Assembly: GCA_963827235.1 (NCBI GenBank)
Contig: CAWHAE010000016.1
Coordinates: 800,001 to 864,000, forward strand
Length of the DNA: 64,000 nucleotides
Source of the DNA: an uncultured bacterium
GTDB taxonomy: Bacteria; Chloroflexota; UBA5177; JANWHV01
Direction of reading: 5' to 3'
Shown: positions 9,458 through 20,637 of the stretch, one piece after another
How the letters are laid out: the number at the start of each line of letters is the position of its first letter
How positions within the stretch are numbered: the first letter of the stretch is position 1
Translations under genes and position numbers: made by a program
Notes under the pieces: generated by a model
Seen by the model: the letters and a program-made list of their open reading frames with translations, nothing else
What the model was told of the DNA's origin: nothing
The model's database searches: none

Positions 9458-11886
9458 TCGGCGGCGTCTATCCTGTACCCTTCAAGATCGCCGCCCAGCA
9501 CGGTGATTCGCGACTGACCGCGGCCGGCTTCGGTCCGAACCTGGGTGAAAAGTCCCCAGCCTGCCCCGCACGTGAAAAGCACACTAAAGCTGGCCTGGGT
9601 CATAGCCGGCCTGAAACACAGCAGCTTGCGTTCGGCGTCGCAGGTGAAGCCGGTCAAGGCCGGGAGTAATGCCCAGCTTGCCATGGATCGTGCATAGTGG
9701 TGTCCGCACTCCACCTCGTCCCAGGGATTTCGGCGGTAGCCGTCATAGCGCTCGCGCACTGCTGCCGCCACCTCGATGCCTTTGGCGGCCTCGCCCTCGT
9801 AGATGAGGTGCGAGGCTACCTGGTATTCGGTACCGGTCCACACTTCATCCGAGTAGACGAACGGCAGCCGCGGTTCTCCGCCCCGCGGCCAGCTGCAAAG
9901 GAGGAGGCCCGACTCGTCCGGCATAGCGAAGCTCCGCTGCAGATTGACGTGCATGCCGAGCGGGTGGCGGAAGTTGTATCGCCAGACGGACTCGATGGCG
10001 CTCCGCACGTGGTCTGCAGGCAGCAGGTGGCCGAGGCCCGCCACGTGGGCGAGCTGCTGGCCGAGGAGCTGGTCCGACAGGCAACCCTCACCGAACTGAT
10101 ACGGGTGAGAATCCACGTCGTCGAGGAGCTGCCGGTAGTACTCGCCGTTCCAGGTCAGCTCCTCCAGGCGGGCGGCACCGCGATTCGCCGCCTCACGGTA
10201 TCGAATTGCTGCTCCCTCGTCCTCCAGTCGTTCTGCAATGGCCGCCGCCGCTTTGAGCGCGCCGATCATCATGACGCCCGTCAACGGATTGGGACCGTAG
10301 AACTCAATGTCGTACGTATTGTGCTGCTGGCCATCGGGCACGCCGTCGCCATCCGTATCCCACGTTTCCATCGCGTACCGCAACGTCTTCTGCACGTTCG
10401 GCCAGAGCTCGCGAAGAAGAGAACGGTCGCCCGTCAACGTGAACGCTCGCCAGAGGCGAATCACCATGCCGAGCTGTCCGTCCGCGGCGGCGTGCGGAAC
10501 CGCGAAAAGGCTGCCGAACGGTCTCTCGGTCCGGAACCGCATCATGCCCGCATCGTCGACCTCGTCGAGGAATGCAGTGCGCAGCATGCTTATCTCGAGC
10601 GCGGGAAAGAGAAAGGCCAGTGTCTGCGCGTAGTTCCACACGTGCGTGCAATTGCCGTGGCAGGATCCGCCGCGGTCGAAACACCCCTCCCAGCCAAAGA
10701 AACTGCCGTTCGCCAACCAGAAGCAGGTGTTGCTGCGCAAGGTCGCCACGTTGCTGGAGAGCGCATCGAGAACGGCCTGAGGCAGGGTGCTCCCGAACAG
10801 GGCGCCGCGGAAGGCCAGCGTGGCGTGCTCGAGCCGCGCCAGGTGCTGCGCGGCATAACCGGCTACTGCCCAGGCGTCCGCAAAGCGCGCGGCATAGCGA
10901 ACGCGAGTGGTCGGAGGCACGCCGGGCGCAGCAGCGCTCCATCCATTGACGCGGTTTGGAAAGTGCCAGCAGAGTATGAACGTGGTCGTCCGGCTCTCGC
11001 CCGATGCCAGGCTGAGTGGCGTGCCCAGAGAGCCCGGATCGACGTTCGCGGCGCGAGGACCGATGGCCGTCCACTCCGCTCGCTCAGCCGGCGCGGACAG
11101 CATGCCGTCCGCTGCCAGGTCGCTCCAGAACTCGCGCAGGGCGTCGTACCATCCGCCCTGCTGCCAGGCGACCTTCGCCGTGGTCTCCGTCTCGATCGTG
11201 GCCAGGGCAGCGCTCCCAAAGGTTAGATCGGTTGAGCCGGCAGGGGGGCCTTCGAAGAAGACGCCGCGCAAACCTTCCGCCTCTCGCCACGAGTTGCGCG
11301 GATCGCCGTCCGGGTTGCTGCGAAGGTTGCCGAACTCGTCGACGCCGGCATAGCCCGCCGGGTTGAGCAGCGACGCCACGACGGTCGCCTGCACCGGCCG
11401 CGGACCGGGATTGGTCACTCGCCAGCGAAAGACGATGCACGGCAGTCCGGAATCGTCGGCCTCCAGAGGAACCAGCGGGGTGTAGGCTAGCAGGTCTACC
11501 TCGACCGGCACGTCGGGATCGCGGAGTGCAAGCTCTGCCACGGGATACTGTCCGCGGAAGCGGCTCCCAGCGAAACGGGGAAGACCGCCGCCATGATTCG
11601 GATGGATGCCGTGCGAAGCCGAATACGGCGGCGGAACCGGTCCCTCCAGCAGACGGGTAACGCTCTGCTCTCCCTCTTGCTGAGCCCAGACGGCGAAGTG
11701 CGTGTACGGCAGCACCAGGCCCTTACGCGGCTCGTTCCAGATCTCGAAGTCGCGCAGGTCTCCGCGCGCGCCAAGGGAGATGTTTCCCGTTCCTATGCCG
11801 CCCAGAGGAAACGCGACTTCGGTCGCAGAAGGGTCGAACCATCCTTCGTGGCCCAGCCAACTGTTGTCCGAGGTATGATGCGACAT
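9454..11886 (-). CDS. Glycoside hydrolase family 116
   Basis: FPLGGIGTGNISL, GCFDRGGSCHGNCTHVWNY, AADGQ, QHNTYD, DEVWTGTEYQVA, RRNPWDEVECGHHYARSMASW; GGAG before ATG 11886. Confidence 0.9.
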   Translation of the reverse strand: MSHHTSDNSWLGHEGWFDPSATEVAFPLGGIGTGNISLGARGDLRDFEIWNEPRKGLVLPYTHFAVWAQQEGEQSVTRLLEGPVPPPYSASHGIHPNHGGGLPRFAGSRFRGQYPVAELALRDPDVPVEVDLLAYTPLVPLEADDSGLPCIVFRWRVTNPGPRPVQATVVASLLNPAGYAGVDEFGNLRSNPDGDPRNSWREAEGLRGVFFEGPPAGSTDLTFGSAALATIETETTAKVAWQQGGWYDALREFWSDLAADGMLSAPAERAEWTAIGPRAANVDPGSLGTPLSLASGESRTTTFILCWHFPNRVNGWSAAAPGVPPTTRVRYAARFADAWAVAGYAAQHLARLEHATLAFRGALFGSTLPQAVLDALSSNVATLRSNTCFWLANGSFFGWEGCFDRGGSCHGNCTHVWNYAQTLAFLFPALEISMLRTAFLDEVDDAGMMRFRTERPFGSLFAVPHAAADGQLGMVIRLWRAFTLTGDRSLLRELWPNVQKTLRYAMETWDTDGDGVPDGQQHNTYDIEFYGPNPLTGVMMIGALKAAAAIAERLEDEGAAIRYREAANRGAARLEELTWNGEYYRQLLDDVDSHPYQFGEGCLSDQLLGQQLAHVAGLGHLLPADHVRSAIESVWRYNFRHPLGMHVNLQRSFAMPDESGLLLCSWPRGGEPRLPFVYSDEVWTGTEYQVASHLIYEGEAAKGIEVAAAVRERYDGYRRNPWDEVECGHHYARSMASWALLPALTGFTCDAERKLLCFRPAMTQASFSVLFTCGAGWGLFTQVRTEAGRGQSRITVLGGDLEGYRIDAAD

Positions 11887-11977
11887 AATCTCCCAACTTT
11901 CCACGCCACTGCCAACATCTTCCTGGATCATCCGCGCGCCCGGCCGCGGCGGAAAGCGGGCTCCATCTGCCCGCCCG

Positions 11978-14597
11978 TCAGTCGCAGTTGCCTGCCCGCG
12001 GCCTGACGTCGATGCTCAGAGCCTGGCCGGCGCTTACGGTAACCGGCACCTCGAAGACCAGGCGGCCGTCGGCCATTCCATAGGCCGGCGAGTCCGACGT
12101 TCCGGCGCGAACGGAGGCCGCCTCGCCGAAGAGACTATCTCCGTAGCTGCTCAGCGAGAGCGCTCCCTGCTCCACCTGCACCTCGATCCGGCTGCCGCTG
12201 CGCCGGTATACGCCCCAAGCGCAGTCCAGCGACCAGAAGCACGAGAATGCTTCACCCGCTGCCGGCGGTGCGAATCCGATGTGCCCCGCCACCATGTCGA
12301 ACTCGAAGCCGGAGAGGGCCGGGAGAAGGGAATAGCTGGCCATCGAGCGGGCGTAGTTGGAACCGCATTCGATCTCGTTCCACGGGTTCCGCTTCGCCCC
12401 GTCGTAGCGGTCGCGCACCGACCGCACCACCTCCAATCCCTCTCGAACCATGCCTTCCTGGATCATGTGCGCGGCGGCCTGGTACTCGTAGCCATGCATG
12501 GCCTCCTCGGCGTAGCAGAGCGGAATGGCAGGCTTGCCGGCGCCCTCGGGCCAGTCGCAGATGATGAGCGCTGACTCGTCATTCAGGGCAAACACGCGGC
12601 AGGGGTTGAAGAACTCCCGCATGCTCTTCTTGAAGTTATGCCGGTAGATCGCCGAGAGCGCGGACCTGACCTTGTGAGGATCGAAGATCTCGCCCAGGCC
12701 GCAGATATTCGCGTGCCACTGGGCGATCACCTGGTCGACATGACAACCGCCGGCGATCTGGTACTTGATCTCACCGTGTTCAGCGTCCCAGTATGCTTCC
12801 TCGACGCTGCCGTAGTGATCGTCGGCATCGCGGAACCGCTCGAGCATCTGCTTGTCCCTGAGGTCGATACGCTGCTGGTAGTACTCGCCGTTGAAGAGGT
12901 TGGCATCGACCCACTGCCTGCCCTTGTCGAAGAGCGTCCGATACTCAGCCGCCGTTGTCGCCTCGCCGAAATGCAGTGCAATCTCCGATGCCGCCTTGAG
13001 GGCGCCCAAGTAGAAGCCGGTGAGATACGAGTTCGGGCCAAACAGTTCGGTATCCAGGGTGTGGTGCTGGCGGCCCTGCAATACTCCGGTCTTCTCCGGA
13101 TCCCACTTGTCTTCGTTCGTGTTGCACCAAGCAAAATCAATCGATTTCTTGATGGCATCCCAGTTGCGGCGTAGCCAAGCGTCGTCGCCGCTCACTTTCC
13201 AATCGCGGTACGACTTGATCACGCCGCCGAACTGGCCATCGGCCGCGGCATGGTAGTCGGAGAATGGCCGGCCAAGGGGAAGCTGCAGGCGGAATCCCAT
13301 CTTGCCGTCGAAGCGCGTGTTGAACTTGTAGTCGAGATCGCGCATCGATCGCTCAAGCGTGGGAAAGAGAAACGGCAGGGCGTACGCGTAGTTCCACACG
13401 TGGGTGCAGGATCCCTCGCAGCTCCCCTCCGTGCTGTGACAGCCTTCAAACCCGTAGAAGGAGCCGTCCTCCAGACGGAGGACTGTCGGGGACTTCAGGA
13501 TAGAGAGGTTTGCCGACACCGCGTCGAGCACGGATACGGGAAGGGTAGATGAAAACAGGGCCGTCTTGAAGCGCAGGGTGTCCCGGTACAGTGTGTCCCA
13601 ATGCGTCAGGCCATATTCTGCGCTGCACGTCGAATCGGCGAACAGCGAGGCGTAGTAGTTCCGCCACGACGCGGAGCGGGATGGAGCGCCGGTGCTCTCG
13701 CCGGGCTCCGGGTTCCAGTAGTTCGTCACGTTCGGGAAGTTCCACGAGATCAGGAACCGCGCGATGCCCTTCTCGCCCGGCGCGAGCTCCAGACGGGCTG
13801 CCAGAACACAATGATCGTCATTCGGCTCGGAGTGCAGCCCTCTCGCGCTCGTACGTCCGGTTCTCGAACGGGCCGGGGGCGAGCAGGTCCCGCCAGTACA
13901 CCTGCAGATTGTCCCACCAGGCGCCGCGGTACCAGTACTGCTGGTAGCTGACGTCCTTGGCGTCCGTGGCAATGGTGACGTCGCCGAAGCCCAGGTCGCC
14001 CAATGAAAGCGCGGTGCTCGCGGATTTCAGCAGATGCACCGCACCCCGCTGCTCGAAGGTGCACACCGTCGCGGTAGACTGAGGGTTCTTCAACACTCCG
14101 CAGACGGTGTACACGACGGCGCTCGCCGACGTGTTCTCGACCTCGATCGAGAAGAACGCAGCCGGGATGCTCGAATCGGCATCGTTCAGTGGTATGAGGG
14201 GATTGAAGGCCGTAAGCCTCACTGAGCCCGGAAAGCGTTCTTCGCCGAAGCTCAGCGTGGCGAATGGGTATTCGCCCAGAAACTCAACCGTGCGGAAGTG
14301 AGGCACGCCGGCCAGCGAGGCACGGCGAGCGCCGAAGCCAAAGCCGGTGTACCTCTCGGTCGTCTCGCCCATATACGGGCCCGGATGGTCGCCCTGCAGC
14401 ACACGTGCATCGAGCACGCGACCGTCGCGCTCCGCCTTGACGGCGAAGTGCGAGAAGCCGTTCACGCTGCCTTTGTTCGGCCGGTTGAAGATCTCCCAGT
14501 CCAGCAGGCGCCCGTTGCCGGCCAGTCCGATACAGCCACTCCCGATCCCGCCAAGCGGGAAAGAGATCTCCTTTGTGCGCGTTCCGGTGTACAGCAC
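11978..14597 (-). pseudogene. Second GH116 glycosidase split by one frameshift near 13845 (real or sequencing error)
   Basis: N-part FPLGGIGSGCIGL (13818-14597) and C-part SCEGSCTHVWNY...NPWNEIECGSNYARSMAS (to 11978) lie in different overlapping frames. Confidence 0.85.
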
Positions 14598-14628
14598 TAC
14601 GGCCTCCTTGCAGAGTGAATGACCGGAC

Positions 14629-15510
14629 TCATCCTTTTAGGCCCGTCAGAGCGATGCCCTGAATGATGTACCGCTGCGCGAACAAATAGACGACGAGTAC
14701 CGGTATGACGGCCAGCGTCACGCCGGCCATGACTACCGACTGTCCCTGGCTATGGTCGCCCACCACGAAGGCAAGTCCGAGAGGAATGGTCATGTTGTGC
14801 ACGCTGCTGAGAAAGATTAGCGGCCGGAAGAACTCGTTCCAGAAGAAGTTGAATGTGAAGATGGCCAGCGTGGCCAGCGCCGATCCCGAAAGAGGTATGA
14901 AGACGGTCGTCAGAATTCGGAACGGACCGGCACCATCGACGCGCGCGGCCTCTTCCAGTTCGATGGGGATAGATAGGAAGAACTGGCGCAGCAGAAACGT
15001 GCCGAAGGCGCTGGTCAGCGAGGGCAGGATCAGCGAAGAGAGATTGTCGAGCAAGCCCAGATGCTTGATCAGGACGTACAGCGGGATGATCGTCACCTGA
15101 GCCGGCACGAATAGCGAGGAGAGATAGACGCCGAACAGCAATCCTCGGCCCGGGAAGTGCAGCCTGGCGAAAGCAAAGGCAGCGGACGAGCAGAACACGA
15201 GCTGGCCCACCGTGATCGTCCCGGCGACAATGAAGCTGTTGAGATAGAAGCTGCCAAAAGGTACGAGGCTCAGCAATGATTGGAAGTTGTCGGTGATGAT
15301 CGGAGATGGTATCCAGTCCGGTGGCTGGTCGAATACTTGCATTCCTTCCTTGAAGGCCGTGGACAACATCCAGAGGAAAGGAAGCAGCATGAACAATAGA
15401 GCGACGATGACGACGAGATGAACCAGCAGCTTGCTGGCCAGCAGACCGGGGTTGACATGCCGGGTCGGCTTCGGCGTAGGCTCAGCATGCTGGGGTGTTG
15501 CAGCAGCCAT
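14629..15510 (-). CDS. Carbohydrate ABC transporter permease (MalG-like)
   Basis: EAA loop ELEEAARVDGA, WNEFFRPL, C-terminal IQGIALTGLKG. Confidence 0.93.
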   Translation of the reverse strand: MAAATPQHAEPTPKPTRHVNPGLLASKLLVHLVVIVALLFMLLPFLWMLSTAFKEGMQVFDQPPDWIPSPIITDNFQSLLSLVPFGSFYLNSFIVAGTITVGQLVFCSSAAFAFARLHFPGRGLLFGVYLSSLFVPAQVTIIPLYVLIKHLGLLDNLSSLILPSLTSAFGTFLLRQFFLSIPIELEEAARVDGAGPFRILTTVFIPLSGSALATLAIFTFNFFWNEFFRPLIFLSSVHNMTIPLGLAFVVGDHSQGQSVVMAGVTLAVIPVLVVYLFAQRYIIQGIALTGLKG

Positions 15511-15542
15511 GTTCGAGAAACCTTTCTGTTTTCTGCCAACCA

Positions 15543-16484
15543 CTAGCCGTAGAACACCCATCGATTGCTGAACTTGACCTGGACGAACGTGATCGCCCCA
15601 ATGATCACGAACAGCAGCATGGCAACCGTCGCGCCGTAGCCCAGGCGGAAGAACTGGAACGATGTGGAGTAAATGTAGTAGACCAGCGTGCGCGTGCTGT
15701 CTCCCGGGCCACCCTGCGTCATCACGTATGACAGATCGAAGAACTGGAAGCCGTCGATCAGTGCGATTACCAGCAGGAAGAACGTGGTCGGCGACAGCAT
15801 AGGCAGAGTGATGCGCAGAAACTGCTGCAGTCCGTTCGCCCCATCGATCTCGGCCGCCTCATAGTACTGCCTGCTGATGCCTTGCAGGCCGGCTGTAAAC
15901 ACCACGAAATCAAAGCCGACGTTGCGCCATACGTCCACCAGCACGAGCGAGCGCATCGACCATTCATTGCTATCCAGCCAGCCTATCTGCAGCCCGCCCA
16001 GCTTCTGCAGATAGAAATTGATCAGGCCGAAGTCGGTGCTCATCATCCAGCCCCAGATGGTCCCCGCGGCAACCGCCGAGATGATGACGGGGAAGAAGAC
16101 GACAGTGCGGAATGTGTAGCGGAGGGGCGCGATCACGAAACGGTCGGCCAGGACTGCCAGCACCAGGCCCAGTACGATCTTGAGCATCACGTCGGGTATG
16201 ACATAGCTGATCGTGTTCCAGAGCGTGGTGAGCACGAGCGAGTCGGTGAACAGAGTGTGGTAGTTCTGCCAGCCGACGAACTTGGCCGGCGAGAGGGCAT
16301 CCCATTGAAAGAAGGTCAGACCCGTCCCATAGAGGATCGGCCCTAACAGGAAGAGCAAGAAACTGAGAATCGTCGGCGCCAGCATGATGTACGCGGCGAC
16401 GCGATCGCTGCGAAACAGATCGTTCCGGCGCAGATTTCGCCGTGGAGCGCTCGCCGGATCCTGTGGCGCGGACTTCGTGAACAT
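15543..16484 (-). CDS. Carbohydrate ABC transporter permease (MalF-like)
   Basis: FVGWQNY, YYEAAEIDGA, MTQGGPGDST. Confidence 0.93.
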   Translation of the reverse strand: MFTKSAPQDPASAPRRNLRRNDLFRSDRVAAYIMLAPTILSFLLFLLGPILYGTGLTFFQWDALSPAKFVGWQNYHTLFTDSLVLTTLWNTISYVIPDVMLKIVLGLVLAVLADRFVIAPLRYTFRTVVFFPVIISAVAAGTIWGWMMSTDFGLINFYLQKLGGLQIGWLDSNEWSMRSLVLVDVWRNVGFDFVVFTAGLQGISRQYYEAAEIDGANGLQQFLRITLPMLSPTTFFLLVIALIDGFQFFDLSYVMTQGGPGDSTRTLVYYIYSTSFQFFRLGYGATVAMLLFVIIGAITFVQVKFSNRWVFYG

Positions 16485-16603
16485 ACGCTACCGGCCTTTC
16501 TCGGCTGTCATCCGCCGGCGCTGAAGGCCGATCCATGGCCGGCATGGATGTGCCTTCAGCGTCCGGCGTGCGCAACAGACTGGGGAGGACAGGTACTGCC
16601 GCC

Positions 16604-17980
16604 CTAGGCAGGTTTGGCCAGAATCGAGGTCAAGTCCTTATCAAGCCCGGCCAGGGCGGCCTGCGGCGTGACGGACTGGGCAAGCATCTCGGTATACCAC
16701 TTGGTGATCGCGGTATCCATCTCGTTGTACTGCGGTGGCGCGCTCACCGGCGTGGCGGCGGGGCCGAGCAACGAGTCGAAGAATATCCTGTAGTGTGCGG
16801 GCGGGTTCATCCAGCTGGCATAGGCCAGGGACTTGCGGCAAGGGACATTGGTACCCTGCTTCATCCAGTCGGTCATCACTTCCCGCGTAGATAGGAACTT
16901 CGCCAACTCCCACGTCTCCTGCGGGTACTTGGTCGTCTTGATGATCGGGTAGCCGTCGATGCCGAATATCACCTTGCGCGGTCCCTTCCCCAGGATGGGG
17001 AAGTACTGGATGTCAGTCGGGCAGTTGGTCGGCGTGCAGAACTTGTTCATCTCGAACGTCTGCAAAGGCCAGCGGCCGGCAGGAACAAAGCCGACCTTCC
17101 CCGTGGAGAACAACGTGCCGAGCGCGATCGTCGCGTTGGGCTTGGGAGAATACTTGTACGTGTTGACCATGTCGTTGAAGAGTTTCCAGGCGGTCAGGTT
17201 TCCTGGAGCCAACGCGTTCGACTTCGTCCAATCCGGGCTGAGCAGATTCGTGCCGGCCGACAGGGACCAGCATTCCAGGCCGAACGTGCCGCTGGACCAC
17301 TGTTCCATGCCGTAGTATCCGAGCTTCTTGAGCTTGGCGCATGCGGTCATGAAGTCGTCCTCGGACCAGTCGTCCTTCGGCCGGGTAATACCGATTTGCT
17401 TCATAAGGTTCGTGTTGTACCAGAGGATCATGTTGTTGTAGGAGAACGGCAGAGCCAGTTGCTTGCCCTTGTAGGAGAGGGCCTTCCACATGGCAGGCAG
17501 CGTGTCGTTCTTTAGGTCCTCTACGTACGCGGTGTCCTTCTTCATGAAGTCGTCGATCGGCAGCGCGAGGTCCTTCGCCCCAAACAGAGCCATGCCTTCG
17601 ATGGCGATGCGCAGAATGTCGGGCGCGTTCCCTGCCGCCATGCGGCTCAGGATCACCTCGAACAGCGCGGTCCATCCGTTGTTGGGGATGACGATGAGGT
17701 TCACCTTGATATTGGGGTTCTGCGCCATGAACTTGTTCATGGTCGGCTGGAACTGTTGCGCCGCGTTGGGCGTACCCCAGGCAGCGAAAGTGATGGTTGC
17801 CTGTGCCCGACCGGTGATGTTGAAATGCGCCTTGTTCGTGGCGGCCGAAACGCGGTCCGCGCCGGCTGCCAACGCGCTGCCGCCAAGGATGGTGGCGGCA
17901 ACGGTGGCGCCACCCTTCAAGAATCGTTCGCGGGAGACACCTGAGTCCGGGCGAGACTGCTGCTGATCGGTGGCTGACAT
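16604..17980 (-). CDS. Sugar ABC transporter substrate-binding protein
   Basis: AAGGAGG RBS; Tat-like SRERFLK plus hydrophobic stretch; APDI, LWYNTNL family-1 SBP features. Confidence 0.9.
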   Translation of the reverse strand: MSATDQQQSRPDSGVSRERFLKGGATVAATILGGSALAAGADRVSAATNKAHFNITGRAQATITFAAWGTPNAAQQFQPTMNKFMAQNPNIKVNLIVIPNNGWTALFEVILSRMAAGNAPDILRIAIEGMALFGAKDLALPIDDFMKKDTAYVEDLKNDTLPAMWKALSYKGKQLALPFSYNNMILWYNTNLMKQIGITRPKDDWSEDDFMTACAKLKKLGYYGMEQWSSGTFGLECWSLSAGTNLLSPDWTKSNALAPGNLTAWKLFNDMVNTYKYSPKPNATIALGTLFSTGKVGFVPAGRWPLQTFEMNKFCTPTNCPTDIQYFPILGKGPRKVIFGIDGYPIIKTTKYPQETWELAKFLSTREVMTDWMKQGTNVPCRKSLAYASWMNPPAHYRIFFDSLLGPAATPVSAPPQYNEMDTAITKWYTEMLAQSVTPQAALAGLDKDLTSILAKPA

Positions 17981-18175
17981 TGTCACGTCGTCCCTCCTTG
18001 CATCTTCCTTGTCTCGAGGTATGATGGCGGTTCCGGTCTGCGACCGGACTCCCAGCCGATAGGTCACTGCGCGGCACTCCTATGTGGGCCTGCCAGTAGC
18101 CCTGTGCGTACCCGTACGCGTCACTGCCCGCCTCCAGCAACCCTCCTTTCTGCGCCGTTCAACGGGGGCAATCAA

Positions 18176-19216
18176 TCAGCGGAGCTCATCGACGGAAGCC
18201 GCCGGCAGGCCGGCACCCGATGACTCGCGAACGACGAGCTCCGTATAGAGGACCGTCTTGCATGAGCTGCTGCGGTCGTCCTCCATTCGTGCGATCAACT
18301 GCTGCACGGCTACGGCACCGATCGCTTGCATGGGCAACCGCACCGTGGTCAGCGGCGGTACCAGATGGGCGCTCTCGGCAATGTCGTCAAAGCCCACCAG
18401 CGCCATGTCCTCAGGCACGCGCAGACCGGCGTTTCGCAACGCCTCGAGCGCGCCCATCGCAGTCTTGTCGCTGATGGCGAAGATCGCGGTCGGGCGCTGT
18501 GACGGCGGCAACTCCAGCAGATCCGTGGCCTCGCGATAGCCCTTGCGCGGGCTGCCCGGATGCGGCCTGACCATCAAAGCCGGATCGAGCGCCATTCCTG
18601 CCTGCTCGAGCGCTCGCACGTATCCCTGCCGGCGCTCGACCAGTGTCTTGTATTTCCGCGGACCTTCGAGAATGGCTATTCGCCGGTGACCCAGTTCGAC
18701 CAGATGCCGCGTCGCCAGGTAAGCACCGGTCTCGTTGTCGCCCAGCACGCATGCTACCGCGAGATCGTCGACAAAGTTGTCTGCAAGCACGAGCGGCAAG
18801 CCGGACGCCGCCAGGCGGCGAATGTAATCGTCACGGATGTCGCCGCCGCCCAGGACTACGACTCCTCCCACGCGCCGCTCGCTCACCATGGGCGGGAGCT
18901 CCTCGGAGCCCGAGTCTATGGAGGCCAGCACGACATGGTAGCCGTGGCTCCCAGCCTCACTTTCGACACCGTGAACCATCAAACCGACCGCAGGATCCGC
19001 ATAGGCAGGAACCGGAAGACGCTCGATAAGCAGGCCGATCGAGGACGACGTCTCGGTGCGGTCGCGCCGCTGGTACCCCACCTGCTGTGCCGCGGCCAGC
19101 ACCCGGCGTCTGGTGTCGGCACTGACGCCCTTGCGGTTGTTAAGCACCATGGAGACAGTCGCCATCGAGACGCCGGCTTCCTCGGCAACGCCGCGCAATG
19201 TTGGGCGAAGACGCAC
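18176..19216 (-). CDS. LacI family transcriptional regulator
   Basis: PTLRGVAEEAGVSMATVSMVLN HTH; LVGFDD, PPLTTV; GTG start with GAGGGGG RBS, downstream of the promoter. Confidence 0.92.
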   Translation of the reverse strand: MRLRPTLRGVAEEAGVSMATVSMVLNNRKGVSADTRRRVLAAAQQVGYQRRDRTETSSSIGLLIERLPVPAYADPAVGLMVHGVESEAGSHGYHVVLASIDSGSEELPPMVSERRVGGVVVLGGGDIRDDYIRRLAASGLPLVLADNFVDDLAVACVLGDNETGAYLATRHLVELGHRRIAILEGPRKYKTLVERRQGYVRALEQAGMALDPALMVRPHPGSPRKGYREATDLLELPPSQRPTAIFAISDKTAMGALEALRNAGLRVPEDMALVGFDDIAESAHLVPPLTTVRLPMQAIGAVAVQQLIARMEDDRSSSCKTVLYTELVVRESSGAGLPAASVDELR

Positions 19217-19250
19217 CTGCTGGTCCCCCTCATCTGAAGAGTTCGCAGCC

Positions 19251-19279
19251 ATAGTATATGAAGTTAATAGAGATGTCAA
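19251..19279 (-). promoter_or_regulatory. Sigma70-type promoter for lacI/ABC/GH116 operon
   Basis: Minus strand TTGACA-17 nt-TACTAT. Confidence 0.75.
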
Positions 19280-19902
19280 CAGAAATGCGAGATCGATTCT
19301 ACGAACTTTCAGAAGGAGGTCGAGCGTCACGGACGCTGACCTGTGCATCCGCGGCACGTCAGAGCCACCAGCTGGTCCGGCAAAGCAGCTCGCTCTGGCG
19401 ACTCGCGGTGTCGCCGTTATAGCTCGTTCCAGTCCAACAAACAAACCTTTTTCCGCGTTAAACGCTCGAAAAGGTGCCTAATTCCTGCAAGAGGCTCTGC
19501 CAGGTTTGCGGCGTTCCCTGCGGTCACCGGCGCAGAAGACTACCGAGCTCAGCGTTGTTCAATTCCTTCAATACATGGCACTCCTGCCTGTGGCGCCGAT
19601 GATCTGCCTCGTTGCCCGCCGGCCACGCCCGGCGTCACTTGCCTCTACCGGCAGGTCACCCTGCTTCAATACGTGCCAATCCTTACCACCGATGGTCGAG
19701 GCAGGCCTCCGCGCATAAGCGCTCGAGCGCGAATTCGGTCGCCTCGGGTACGCGTCTCCGATCAGCGGTGACACCTTGCCGCGCCGCGGGACGGTCGCGC
19801 GGGGCACTCCATGCACTTCACAACTTCTTCATGGGCGCTCGCCAGAATAGATCCCGGGCCCACACAGGATTGCATGCAGGTCACACGACGAGAAGGGAAT
19901 CC

Positions 19903-20181
19903 ATGCTCATGTTTGCACATCGGATCATTGCCCCGCTCCTGTTCAGCGCGATGCTGACGTTTGTGCCGGCGGCCGGCGTGCTTGCGGCATCGAGCTCGAG
20001 TAAATCGCCGCGCATTTTCGACCGCTTCTATCGTGCTGATCCCTCGCGCACGCGTGGCACCGGTGGTCACGGGAGTGGCCTGAGCGTAGCCGAGAGCATG
20101 GTAGAGGCCCACGGCGGTGCGATTGTAATGAGGAGCATTGTGAGTCAAGGAACGGAGTTTCGCATCGCGTTGCCCGCGTAA
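19903..20181 (+). pseudogene. Chimeric remnant: signal peptide joined to the C-terminal end of a histidine-kinase ATPase domain
   Basis: MLMFAHRIIAPLLFSAMLTFVPAAGVLA then RIFDRFYRADPSRTRGTGGHGSGLSVAESMVEAHGG...GTEFRIALP (F and G2 boxes only). Confidence 0.75.
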
Positions 20182-20562
20182 GTGTCGCGAGCGCACGTCC
20201 GGGCGCACGCTAAAGCGCCTTGGCGATTTGACCGCTCAGGAAGTAGCTAACGAGAGTCGTCCCCCGCCTCGAGCCTGCGCGGCTGCAAGCAGCACACGGC
20301 GCTGCGTACGCGCCCCGCGACTCCAGCAAGCCAATTCGCTAGTTGCCCGCACGCCGCAGCCAACCAGCTACAGGTGAGGTGTATGCTGAACGAGCGCGTG
20401 CCCGGTCGCCCGTGTTGAAGTTAGTAATCGGGCACAGCCAATCACGCGTCTGCCCGCGCGCTATTTTGCAGCGCTCGGCCGGCGGATTAGGTCGATGCTG
20501 CTTCCACATTTGTGGCATTCGTGCAGTTCGTCTTATAAATGGACTGCCTCGCCCTCCCCCAC

Positions 20563-20591
20563 TAGACTTCCTCCCCCAAAAGTACTAGACT
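20563..20591 (+). promoter_or_regulatory. Putative promoter of SIS gene
   Basis: TAGACT-17 nt-TAGACT upstream of AGAGG RBS. Confidence 0.45.
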
Positions 20592-20637
20592 ATAGGAAAT
20601 TGCTGTGTCCGCCGTTCTCAGAGAGGTCGCACTCCCT

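Noticed and set aside
9697-11226. Long antisense ORFs (also 29301-30281, 36630-37832, 58805-59947 and others)
   Set aside because: Shadow frames of high-GC genes; real motifs are on the opposite strand
17013-18140. 375-aa ORF behind a strong AAAGGAGG RBS
   Set aside because: Out-of-frame overlap with the SBP gene and Arg/Gly-rich non-protein composition; at most the stump of a lost gene
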